The position numbers and the translations under genes were made by a program. Positions 53,168 through 64,000 of a DNA stretch of 64,000 bases are shown here, one piece after another; the first letter of the stretch is position 1; each line of letters starts with the position of its first letter. Source of the DNA: Octopus vulgaris (lineage: Eukaryota); the NCBI GenBank assembly GCA_951406725.2, contig OX597825.1, positions 76,074,001-76,138,000 of the forward strand, written 5' to 3'. The notes beneath the pieces are model-generated. The model was not told the origin of the DNA. It saw only the letters and a list, made by a program, of their open reading frames with translations, and searched no databases.

Positions 53168-55101
53168 CCAGGAACTTAAATCTCCAAACAAATATGCAGC
53201 AAGCTTTTCGACAAACGCTCTCTAGGAGCCCATGAATGGCACAAAACTGTCTCTCAATATGCGTTGACGTCAGGGTGGGTGAAAGCAGACGAAAAAGTCC
53301 GTTGAGATAATTCGGGGTCAACTCCCGGTTAGCATTGGGAAGGGGAAGAATTACAGAAAACCAAAGAGTTTGAATATATTCTGTATAACTAGTGTTAATA
53401 TTCGAATTGTTTAAAGAATGAATGCTATCGTATTTGGGTGTGAGAAACTACCTACATGTATGTGTGTGCGCGCCTATGTATGTGTGGCAGTATGTTTAGG
53501 AAGGAGCTAGGCAGAACTATATAGCGGCTATTAATGGTCAAGCAGCCGATAGAAACCTGTGTCTGTGTGTTCGTCTGTGACCAGTTTATAGAGAGATGAC
53601 TTGCCGACAAGGGGCGTATAATCCCTGATAGTGTTTCTAAATAATTAGCAGTTCATACGCTAAAGGGGAGTAATTTCCCCTTTCAAATTTAATTCAAAAT
53701 TTTTTCAAATTTTTTTCCAAAATTTTTTCTTTTCTTAGGACATCAAGGTGTTAATTATCTTAGACTTCAATTATATGCAAGAAATGTATGCGCCGCCAAT
53801 GCGGACATCTAAAAGAGTTTTGCAAAATCGAGTTAACTAATTGCCCTCGGGTGAACAAAATGTGAAAAAGTTCAGAGTTGCAAAGATTACAGATTCTTTT
53901 ACCTCTATCAAACGGTACAGACACCGATAAAATCGACCATTCCAGTCTAAAGGCTGTATTCGCGTTCTTCAAACGCCATACTAATTTACTTAGTCCGGTC
54001 GCGTGTTGTTTTCCAAAATCGCGAAACGTTGTGAAGTGGTTCGATATTCTGGCGGCCAATTTTGATGATGACGCTCCGATATACAAGTAGACATCTGATT
54101 CAGTATAAACTCTGCATTGGTAAATGGCGTTTCTAATCTTGGAATTACTAGATAAGAACCTTATTCTATTGGGATTGGCTTCCGATATTAATACGGCGTT
54201 CTTATTACTATGATGATTGTAAGAACTACGGCTGTCTACGACATTATACACCCCACTATCAATACTATTTAATGGAATATCACCTGTATATTCCCTGCCA
54301 CTGAGATCACTGTGGTTGCTAATGTCCGTGATGCTACTGTTGTTAAACCCACTGCTAAAATTGTTATTGGAACTCCCTACACTAATGACTCGGACAGTGC
54401 TCTCATCCCTATTACCATTACTAACGTTAATGCCACCACCATTGCTCTTAACCTTATTCCTATTATTAACTCCATGGCTGGTATGGAGATTGCTAATCTC
54501 TGTGCCGGTTCCATTATCATTATTATTATTATTAATACTGCACGTTGTTCTGGCATTAGACGGAGCTGCGTCTCCGAACGTGGGTGAGAGTGTCGTATTA
54601 AGCAGCCTATTGTTATGGGAGGAAATTATCTGTGAGAGATTTTTAGTATTGGAGAAGGCTATCCTAACTTTGTGTGAGTTAACAGTGGAGTAATATCTGG
54701 AATTTCTGGGAAAATTACTGGCAATGGCTTGGCGAAACTGCAGGGCTTTTTAAGTCGATGGAGACACCACCACCTAACCCAAGACTGAAGAAATTTGAGG
54801 ATGACTTATACATGTAGGTAGTTTCTCACACCCAAATACGATAGCATTCATTCTTTAAACAATTCGAATATTAACACTAGTTATACAGAATATATTCAAA
54901 CTCTTTGGTTTTCTGTAATTCTTCCCCTTCCCAATGCTAACCGGGAGTTGACCCCGAATTATCTCAACGGACTTTTTCGTCTGCTTTCACCCACCCTGAC
55001 GTCAACGCATATTGAGAGACAGTTTTGTGTCATTCATGGGCTCCTAGAGAGCGTTTGTCGAAAAGCTTGCTGCGTATTTGTTTGGAGATTTAAGTTCCTG
55101 G

Positions 55102-55187
55102 ATTTTCCTGAAGAGAAAGCTGCAAAATGGTCTCCTTATTCAATCCAAATTAGGGACTTTGCAGCCTTTGAAACATATGTAGAAAAT
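55102..55187 (+). ncRNA. Type I hammerhead ribozyme in inverted pLTR
   Basis: Same motif on the plus strand; predicted cleavage after 55181. Confidence 0.85.
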
Positions 55188-55379
55188 AATAAAAAGGAAT
55201 TTTGTAAAATCTTCGTCCAGCTCCATTTCTTCCCTCACTAAATATATAAAACTTCAATTATCCGCACTAAGGCACGGTTGCGATACCCCAACCGTGATTT
55301 GTCTGTTGTGATTTTTGCTACCCAGGTATCGGTTATAATTTGAATAATCCGTTACAAGATAATTCATTTATCCATTTCA

Positions 55380-55422
<43 letters not shown>

Positions 55423-55689
55423 CGAAACATGGAGTAGATGAAACAGGGACAACTGAAGAAGGGGAATATTCTGTATGTTGTATGTCTTGTTTCTATGTTT
55501 TTGTTTCTGTTTTCGTTTCTCATTGTGTTCAACATTTTTTTTGATGTCCTGCACCCATATATGCATGTATATATACATATATATGTATGTATGTACATAT
55601 ATATATATGTATACATGCATATATTTATATATTATTTATATTATTATGTGATCGAATGCCATGCATCCTTTTCCAAGTAAGTTTTATCT

Positions 55690-55721
<32 letters not shown>

Positions 55722-55727
55722 TACATA

Positions 55728-56575
55728 CTAGCTGGCGTACCTGGTAATTCCCGGGAAAGTGGGGCTTATCGTTTGGTTCTGTTCTCATAATTGTTTCACT
55801 AATCCAATAACAACAATACAAAGTATGTAGCCCTAAAAACAGGTTTTGTGCATTTACAGAGAATACTGAACTGTCTTAGACAGGATCTCATTTTTGAGAC
55901 TTCCCAATAAGTTATGAATACCTAAATTGTGAGGTCAGTTATGTAATGACATGAAATTAGTTACCCGATAGTAAGAATTCAAATAAAGTAGCTCTGAAAA
56001 GGGCTTTAATGCATTCTCAGAGTATATATAACATAGGAGGAAATACTAATAAGGTATGTATACTGAAATCATGAAGCATGTTACATAATAACTGGCTAAT
56101 CAGATATGAGATAATAACAATTCAAAGTAAATAACTCTGAAAAGGGCTTTTGTGTGTTCCCAGAGAAAATTACCTTCAGAGGTGCTAGTGTTGATATATT
56201 CATGAATAAGTCACTAACCAAAATAAGTGGACCTATTGTTTAGGAAAATACTATTTACTTGTTTAAAGGTAGTACAGGATAAATTGCGAAAACAACTCTA
56301 ACAGTTCAAATAATAAGAAATAAGAATACTCAATTTCATTTTTACCAAATAATTTAGGAAAATAAATGGGTTATTTTCCTTGGCTAGATATAAGGATCCC
56401 TTCCAGGGTCCCTATCATCAATTTTTTTAACAATTTGAGTATGCCATGAGGTTTCTAGGCATGAGTTCTACTCATATGTCAAGTGTCATCAAAATTGATA
56501 AAATGATGTAGGAGGAGTTAGCTAACAACTCCACAAACACACCCACAGACAGAATTTCCCACATATGTAGTATAT
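55728..56575 (-). mobile_element. Probable non-autonomous Helitron
   Basis: CTAG 3' end at 55728 next to an imperfect GC hairpin (acctggtaattcccggg); 5' end approximate. Confidence 0.45.
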
Positions 56576-56590
56576 ACATACATACATACA

Positions 56591-56627
<37 letters not shown>

Positions 56628-57199
56628 ATATATAGGGATATACATGGAAAGAAATAAAAACTGTAAATACTCAGATGATGAACACCCATGTTTAAGAATA
56701 TAAATATTTATATATTTGCAAACTAAATTTACATGGAAATGAAAGGGATAATGCATTGTTTTTAAGTCCAATGCCCGCTTCTCGGAGTTCAGAAATATGT
56801 AATATTTGCAATGCTTGCGATTAACAGATAGGATGTGCAAAAAGTAAAGGATATGCAAGCAGTAGATGGATGCAAAGAGTGAGCAAGGGGTGGGGGAGAG
56901 AATAGTGGCATTATTGCCAGCTGATGCATTAAGCTGACTTCCTTCATTATTGGGACAAGATTGGTAAACTGTAGTTCACATTTTGTTGCAAGAAAATTTA
57001 AGGGTAGAATATATGTGTGTATATATTGCTTGCTTCCAATGTTATCCAGCCAAACTGGCGCATAATGGGAAAATACTATGAAATAAGTTATCCTGAAATG
57101 TAAATATGAATGGAATAGAACAAAATTTGCATAAATCGAACAAGTGGTTGTGAAGATATTAGGGGTTTTCAGAGTACTTTGAAAATTCGGCTTTAGGAT

Positions 57200-58430
57200 C
57201 AATACCACTAAAACCAATCCTATGGCTGCGATATGTTGATGACACCTTCATACTCTGGCCCCCACCAGGAAGATGTCCAAGTGCTGTTAGATCATGTGAA
57301 CTCAATAAAGCCATCCATACAGTTCACAATGGAAAAAGAGAAAGACAATCAGCTAGCATTCCTGCACATATTAATAACATGTACCAAGTATGGATTCAGG
57401 ACATCCATATACTGCAAGCCGACCTTCACTGGACGATACCTCAACTTCAAATCCCACCATCCATACAGTGTAAAGAGAGGGATTGCTCAGTGACTAAAAC
57501 ATTGAGCAATGAATATAAGTAGCGATCGTGATACCCACCACGAAGAAATGATCAAGCTCAGTAACAATCTAATGAGCAACAACTACCCCAAAAGCATACT
57601 CTCCACTCCAATTATGAACAAAAGAAAGGATGAAACTGATAAACTGTACACATCTGTCTACCCTTTGTAAAAGGCCTCTCCAAAAAGATACAAAAGATAT
57701 GCAGCCCATATGGTATCAGGACAGTATTCAAAAGTAATACAACACTTTGCAAATATCTCCTTCGAGTAAAACCACCAATAGAAGAGAATATGACTAAGAA
57801 CTGCATGTACTCCATCACATGCAGCTGTGGTAGGTTATACAAAGATGAAACATGCCACCCCCTCAAAATAAGGGTAGAGGAACATCGCAAACTGTGACAT
57901 GGGGAGATATTGATAAATTGAGTAAAGCTGATCATGTATAGAAAAATGGAAACCAACTCCACCTATGGGATGAAGTTAAAATAATAGACAGAGAACAACA
58001 CTGGAAAATTCGAAAACTAAAAGAAGCAGCACATATGCTAGGACACAACAACCTCCTAATCAGACTGAGTGCAGATATGAACAGCATAGGGGAACCAGTA
58101 TTAAGGAAGGATAGGAGAATATTAGATTTATAAGCCCTAAAATTCACTCCATAATTGCCCACAGGCATATGGCATAGTGGTTAAGTGCACAGGCTACTAA
58201 CCCCCAAGATTCCAAGTTCAATTCCAGGCAGTGTCCTGAATAATAAAAATAATAATAATAATAATAGTAATAATAATAACAACATCGAAAAATACCTTAG
58301 GGATGATAACCTAGGTTCGAAATTTCCCCAAGACGCTAGATGAAGGCTGGAGGGTATATCAGCCAAAACGTTGTGTTAGCAATAAGCAAGATGAGGACAA
58401 ATATCTGTCAATTGTAAATAATGTATATTA
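57200..58430 (+). mobile_element. Decayed Penelope-like element (RT C-terminus + GIY-YIG)
   Basis: WLRYVDDTF, IQFTMEKE, LAFL.ILI, YLNFKSHHP..VKRG, MYSITCSCG..Y; degenerate hammerhead near 58335-58378. Confidence 0.85.
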
Positions 58431-59482
58431 TTTGATGTTTAAAATTTCCCTCTGCTAAACATTTAACATTTTTCTCTCTCTCTCTCTTTCTCTCTACCTC
58501 TCACTTCAACAAATACTTTAGCCATGTTATTCCCCTCTTTACGTCGTTATCATTTCTCTCTCTTTCTCTTCGTCTCTCACTTCCAGTAACCACATGACAG
58601 CTTAATACATCAGCTGCCAATAATTGCAGCTAGATTCTTCTTTCTTTTTCCATACAAACATGAAGATTTCAAATAATTAATAATTTTCTGCATACATCAT
58701 TCAGTAAATCAACCCTAAAATTATTTGTCCAAATTCTTAAACTCTGAGCAACATTAATGCTTTAGCCATTTTAAAAAGTATTACATTTTTATCCATTTTC
58801 ATGTGTCAACATTGGTTGGAAAAGTTCTTGAAAATTTCAATAATGACATGTGATTGACTGGAGATATTGATTTTACAGTTGTTTGTCTTTTTTATTGCTG
58901 ACAACACAACTGTGAATTGAACCACTAAATGTAGAAAATGTCTTCCCCAGGGATTGAATAGGAACAATAAAATTTGAGCTCATAATACTGATCTTCACAG
59001 TTGAGCATATTAATCTTACAATTATTACATTTCTTTGTGTGTGTGTGCATGTGTGTGTGCACATGTGTGGGGGTATGTGCATGCATGTTTGTGTGTGTGT
59101 GTGTATTTGCATACATGTTTGTGTGTCTGTGCATGAGTGTGTATGTGTGTCAGTATGCGTGTGTACATGTATGTGTACATGAGTGTGTGTTTGTACATGT
59201 GTGTGTGTACATGTGTGTGTATGTGCATGTGTGTATGTGTAATGAGTCTGTATGTACACATCTGTGTGTTTGTGTGTGTGGTGCATGAGTGTGTGTGTGC
59301 AAATGTGAGCAAGAGTGTGTGTATATGTGTGTGTGTGTGCATGGGTGTCTGTGCATGAGTGTACATGTGTGTGTGTGTGTATGTTTGTGTGTGTAAGTGA
59401 AAAATATTCCTTAAGGAGTTTAAAGGAGAAAGAAAAGCTAAAAAGAAAAGAATAAAGAAGAGTTCTAAAGCAAAAATCTTAC

Positions 59483-59570
59483 ATTTTTCTAAATTCACCT
59501 TCTTGTAGTTACAAGCTGATGAGCATCTGCCACCATACTTTACTGGAAGATCTGTATTTTCAACATGTGC
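59483..59570 (-). CDS. Host gene exon (short type, phase 0 to 1): AHVENTDLPVKYGGRCSSACNYKKVNLEK
   Basis: Acceptor ctattttattttag|, donor T|gtaaga, 88 nt (3n+1), two Cys like the other short exons; phase fits the 38770 exon. Confidence 0.7.
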
Positions 59571-60242
59571 CTAAAATAAAATAGTTCAACAAAGTTAACA
59601 ACAGTATAGTATTTAGAATGGTTTGATGATGATGACAATGATGATAGTAAAGATTATAATCATTATCTTCATGCTGTTGATGACAATGATAGTAAAACAT
59701 TTATAATGTACAGCCAGGACTCTGATTCTCAGTCAAAAATCATTTGAATTAGTCTACACACACACATACGTGTATATACATATATCATAATCATTTAATA
59801 TCCATATACTATGCTGGCATGGGATTGATGGTTTGACTAGATCTAATGCAACCAAGGACTGCATCAAGCTCCAGTGTCTGTTTTGACACAGTCTTTCAAG
59901 CTGGGCACCCTTCCTAACACCAACCCCTTCAAAGCTTAAACTGGGTGCTTTTTAAATATCACCTGGACTATTGACATCTCCATGCAGTGCACAGAACTAC
60001 AAATCCTAGGGCAGATGTAACGGGGGCAGTTTCATGCTTGGAGCTGAAGTTGATCACTATGATGAAGGGGCGAACAGGTATGACTGTCTGGGGTAGTTTA
60101 CTTCCCATTCACATGGTTTCAGGTTCAGTCCTACTATAAGGCACCTTGGACAAGTGACTTCTACTATAGCCTCAAACTGACCAAAAGCTTGTGAGTGAAT
60201 TTGGTAGGTGGAAGTACTGCCGTGTGTATATGCATATGAGAA

Positions 60243-60277
<35 letters not shown>

Positions 60278-60467
60278 AAATGAGAAAATGGAGAAATATA
60301 TCTAAATCAATCATCAACTATCCGATAATACCGAATCACCTAATACAGTAAATGAATTAATTGCATCGCAATTTTTAACATTTATGTATTAGCTTTGTTG
60401 GGTACTTCTCTAGCAGTATATTGGATATATGTTATCCCATGGAGGGTTGAATTTACAACCCCTATCT

Positions 60468-60504
<37 letters not shown>

Positions 60505-61369
60505 GGAGAGTTCATGAAAAAAACAAAAGACGAAGACAGGTGGTGTACAAAACAAACAGATGTATTAGTATAATGCTCAGGAATAGAAAAAGTCTTTTAT
60601 GTTTCGAAAGGGACACAGAAAAAAAAAACAAGGAGAGAAAAAATGTGTGTAGTGGCTACCGATCTATCATGGCGACTGCCAGACAGCAGGATCACACAGG
60701 AGAGCGAAGAAGTAGGGGAGATAACAAAGTAAAGATGACCCCCCCCAACACGAAGGTGCATGTGTGTATAAGAGAGTATGTATGTGCATGTGAAAGAGGG
60801 CTGGTGGTTTGGACGTGTGCGTGTATGCATGTGTAGGTGTGAAAATGTGGGGATGGGAATTGGTCAGTGCTGGTGTGTGGGTGGTGTGTTGTGATGTGAT
60901 GTGTAATGTTGTATGGTGTGATGTTGTTGGGAGGCGGGAGTGGGGAAAGCATGGGTGGGGTGTGGGTTTGGCTGGGGTTTGGGGTATGTGGGTGGGGGTA
61001 GAGGTGGGAGAGGGTGTAGGGGATAGGATGGGGGGATGGGAAGGATAGGAAAGGTGGAGTAGGAATGTGTAGGGGTGGGGTGGGCTTATGGGGGAGGTTT
61101 GACGATGAAGGGGGAAGGGGAAGGTGGGTATGTGAGGAGAGAGAAAGAGAAGGATATATATATCCTTTTCTTTTTACTTGTTTGTCATTTGACTGGCCAT
61201 GCTGGAGCACCGTCCTTTAGTCAAACGAATCGACCCCAGGTCTTATTCTTTTGTAAGACTAGTACTTTTTCTATTAATATCTTCTGCCGAACCACCTAAG
61301 TTACAGGGACATAAACACACCAACATCAGTTGTCAAGCAATTTTGGGGGAGACCAAGACAAACATACAA

Positions 61370-61404
<35 letters not shown>

Positions 61405-61407
<3 letters not shown>

Positions 61408-62997
61408 TCATCATCATCATCGTTTAACGTCCGTTCTCCATGCTAGCATGGGTTGGACGGTTCGACCAGGGTTCTGGGAAGCCAGAAGGCTGCACCAGGC
61501 TCCAGTCTAATCTGGCAATGTTTCTACAGCTGGATGCCCTTCCTAACGCCAACCACTACGTGAGTGTAGTGGGTGCTTTTTACGTGCCACCTGCACAGGT
61601 GCCAGGCGGGGCTGGCAACGGCCACGGTCAGACTGGTGTATTTTATGTGCCACCGGCACGGAAGCCAGTCGAGGCGGTGCTGGCATCGGCCACGAGTCGG
61701 ATAGTGCTTTTTACGTACCACCAGACCAGGGATCCTGGCTGGTTCAATTCGATTTCGATTTCGATTTCGCTTGCCCCAACATGTCTTCACAAGCAAAGGG
61801 GGTTGGCATGGGTGCCTGTCGTACGGTCGCATTGGAGTATTTTACGTGCCACGGCCGCGAGTCGGATAGTGCTTTTTACGTACCACCAGGCCAGGGATCC
61901 TGGCTGGTTCAATTCGGTTTCGATTTCGATTGCCCCAACATGTCTTCGCAAGCAAAGGGGGGTTGGCATGGGTGCCTGTCGTACGGTCGCATTGGAGTAT
62001 TTTACGTGCCACGGCCACGAGTCGGATAGTGCTTTTTACGTACCACCAGGCCAGGGATCCTGGCTGGTTCAATTCGGTTTCGATTTCGATTGCCCCAACA
62101 TGTCTTCGCAAGCATGGGGGGTTGGCATGGGTGTCTGTCGTCGGGTGAGGTTCTATATCGATTTCGCTTGCCTCAACCGGTCTTTTGCGTCCAAGGGGGG
62201 AAAGGCATTCATAAGTGGGCTGGGCTCACTTGTCCTTCCTGGTCTTCTCACGTACAGAATATTTCCAAAGGTCTCGGTCGCTGGTCATTTCCTCAGTGAG
62301 GCCTAAAGTTCGAAGGTCGTGCTTCACCACCTCGTCCCAGGTTTTCCTGGGTTTACCTCTTCCACGGGTTCCCTCAACTGCTAGGGATTGGCACTTTCTC
62401 ACACACCCATCTTTATACATTCTCGCCACATGACCATACCAGCGCAATCGTCTCTCTTGCACACCACAACTGATGCTTCTTAGGTACAACATTTCTCTCA
62501 AGGTGCTAACGCTCTGTCGAGTATGTACACTGACATTACACATCCATCGGAGCATACTGGCTTCATTCCTCACGAGCTTACGCATGTCCTCAGCAGTCAC
62601 GGCCCATGTTTCGCTGCCATGTAGCATGGCTGTTCGTACACACGCATCATACAGTCTGCCTTTTACTCTGAGCAAGAGGCCTTTAGTCACCAGCAGAGGT
62701 AAGAGCTCCCTAAACTTTGCCCAGGCTATTCTTATTCTAGCAGTTACACTTTCAGCGCACCCACCCCCACTACTGACTTGGTCACCTAGATAACGGAAGC
62801 TATCAACTACTTCTAGTTTTTCCCCCTGGAAAGTGACGGAAGTTGTTTTCTGCAGATTTTCGGAGGTTAATGCTCCCGAGCATCTGCCACATACAAAAAC
62901 TATCTTCCCAGTTAGCCTACCTTTGACATTGCTGCACCTCTTATGTGTCCATAGCTTACTCTAGGTACATCTTATGGAGTTTCTACCTACACCTTTT
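61405..62997 (-). mobile_element. 5'-truncated RTE LINE with expanded higher-order 3' UTR repeats
   Basis: ORF 62226-62690 (RLRWYGHV, RGRGKPRKTW), ~170-bp unit repeated about three times at 61690-62140, (CAT)n tail, (TA)n flanks. Confidence 0.92.
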
Positions 62998-62998
62998 C

Positions 62999-63029
<31 letters not shown>

Positions 63030-63054
63030 TATACATACATACATATACATATAT

Positions 63055-63160
63055 GTACAAGGAAACACAAATAACAAGCGGTGTTCCACAGGGCACTGTC
63101 TTGGGGCCACTGCTGTTCATAGTGGCCCTTTCAGACATGCCCTCAGTTGTTAAGCAATGC
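63055..63160 (+). mobile_element. Short CR1/Jockey-type RT fragment
   Basis: ITSGVPQGTVLGPLLFIVALSDMP. Confidence 0.75.
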
Positions 63161-63225
63161 TGGGGGAGACCAAGACAGACATACAAACATATATATATAC
63201 ATATATATACATACATATACATACA

Positions 63226-63274
<49 letters not shown>

Positions 63275-63790
63275 TGAAGGGCTTCATTCAGTTTCCCTCA
63301 ATCAAATCCACTCACAAAGCATTGGTCAGCCCAAGGCTATAGAAGAAGACACTTGCTCAATGTGCCACGCAGTTGGACTGAACCCAGATCCATGTGGTTG
63401 GTAAGCAAGATACTTACCACACAGCCACTCCTGCGCCTATATGTGAAATATGTGTGTGTGTGTATGTATGAAAGATATATAAATGTGAAGGCACATGGCT
63501 TAGTGGTTAGGGTGTTGAAATCATGATTGTGAGATCGTGGGTTCAATTCCCAGACGAGGATTTATGTTGTATTCTTGAGCAAAGTATTTCATTTCACATT
63601 GCTCTGTGATCATTTCATCATCTGACATGTGGCACATGGTGCACATGTACAGGTAATGTCGATTTGATGGGAGGAATGAACTTATGCGTACACAAACATT
63701 TAATCACTATAAAGAAATCATCTGTGTGGTTGTTTGGCAAGAATTTACCAAACTCTCATAAGTCATCTAATGAAGGAGAGTCTACGATGA
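63275..63790. mobile_element. Two tRNA-derived SINEs in divergent orientation (63275-63440 -, 63490-63790 +)
   Basis: A-box tggcttagtggttagg and B-box gggttcaattcc on +; SINE head rc on -. Related copies at ~1750, ~4155, ~16320, ~23590, ~60090. Confidence 0.65.
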
Positions 63791-63857
63791 TATATCTATC
63801 TATCTATCTCCCCTCTCTCTCTATATATATGTATATATATATATATGTATATATATA

Positions 63858-64000
63858 TCATCATCATCATCGTTAAGCGTCCGCTTTCCATGCTAGCATG
63901 GGTTGGCTGGTTCAACGGGGGTCTGGGAAGCCAGAAGGCAGCACCAGGCCCAGTCTGATCTGGCAATGTTTCTACGGCTGGATGCCCTTCCTAACGCCAA
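63858..64000 (-). mobile_element. RTE LINE 3' end (continues past the window)
   Basis: (CAT)n plus conserved RTE 3' terminus. Confidence 0.9.

Larger units (their letters stand above)
53028..55385 (-). mobile_element. Penelope-like element: GIY-YIG 3' part with inverted pseudo-LTRs
   Basis: GIY-YIG ORF 53760-54251 (AIYQC..LYIGASS..LSKLVWRLK..CNLCNSE). 53028-53460 is the near-perfect reverse complement of ~54810-55241, and each arm has a hammerhead. Confidence 0.88.

Noticed and set aside
53028-53321. Duplicated 97-aa ORF (also 54948..55241)
   Set aside because: Lies in the pLTR and overlaps the ribozyme; duplication explained by the inverted repeat, with no protein motif
55415-55475. GAAA...CTGAAGA permuted hammerhead candidate (also at ~52195-52245)
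   Set aside because: Could not build credible stems I and III
58873-59035. Non-repetitive tail of ORF 58873..59286 as a candidate exon
   Set aside because: No convincing polypyrimidine acceptor, and it does not fit the long/short phase pattern
63490-63560. tRNA gene candidate (also 58168-58235)
   Set aside because: A/B boxes are present, but the acceptor stem is imperfect and the sequence continues into a repeat body; treated as a SINE head

Overview
AT-rich, microsatellite-dense animal DNA. The repeat families resemble those of octopus/coleoid cephalopods; this is recollection, not a verified assignment. Most of the window is intron filled with mobile elements: many RTE-clade LINE copies, a CR1-like LINE, an L1/Tx1 fragment, an R4/Dong-like 3' end, three mariner elements, a hAT fragment, a decayed RepHel Helitron, non-autonomous Helitrons, tRNA-derived SINEs and several Penelope-like (GIY-YIG) elements. 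Running through it on the minus strand is a host gene that the ORF track mostly misses. I find 7 GT-AG exons (59570-59483, 38770-38559, 26096-26000 or 24877-24793, 19361-19129, 15978-15885, 676-450) with consistent phases. They encode tandem ~100-aa two-exon modules that look like very divergent PLAT/LH2 domains. One short exon is tandemly duplicated into an apparently mutually exclusive pair, and its coding sequence has diverged much more than the flanking introns. The introns also hold about a dozen intact or decayed minimal type I hammerhead ribozyme motifs, including a non-coding 506-bp tandem/inverted retrozyme-like unit. All calls were made by eye; no searches or folding programs were run.
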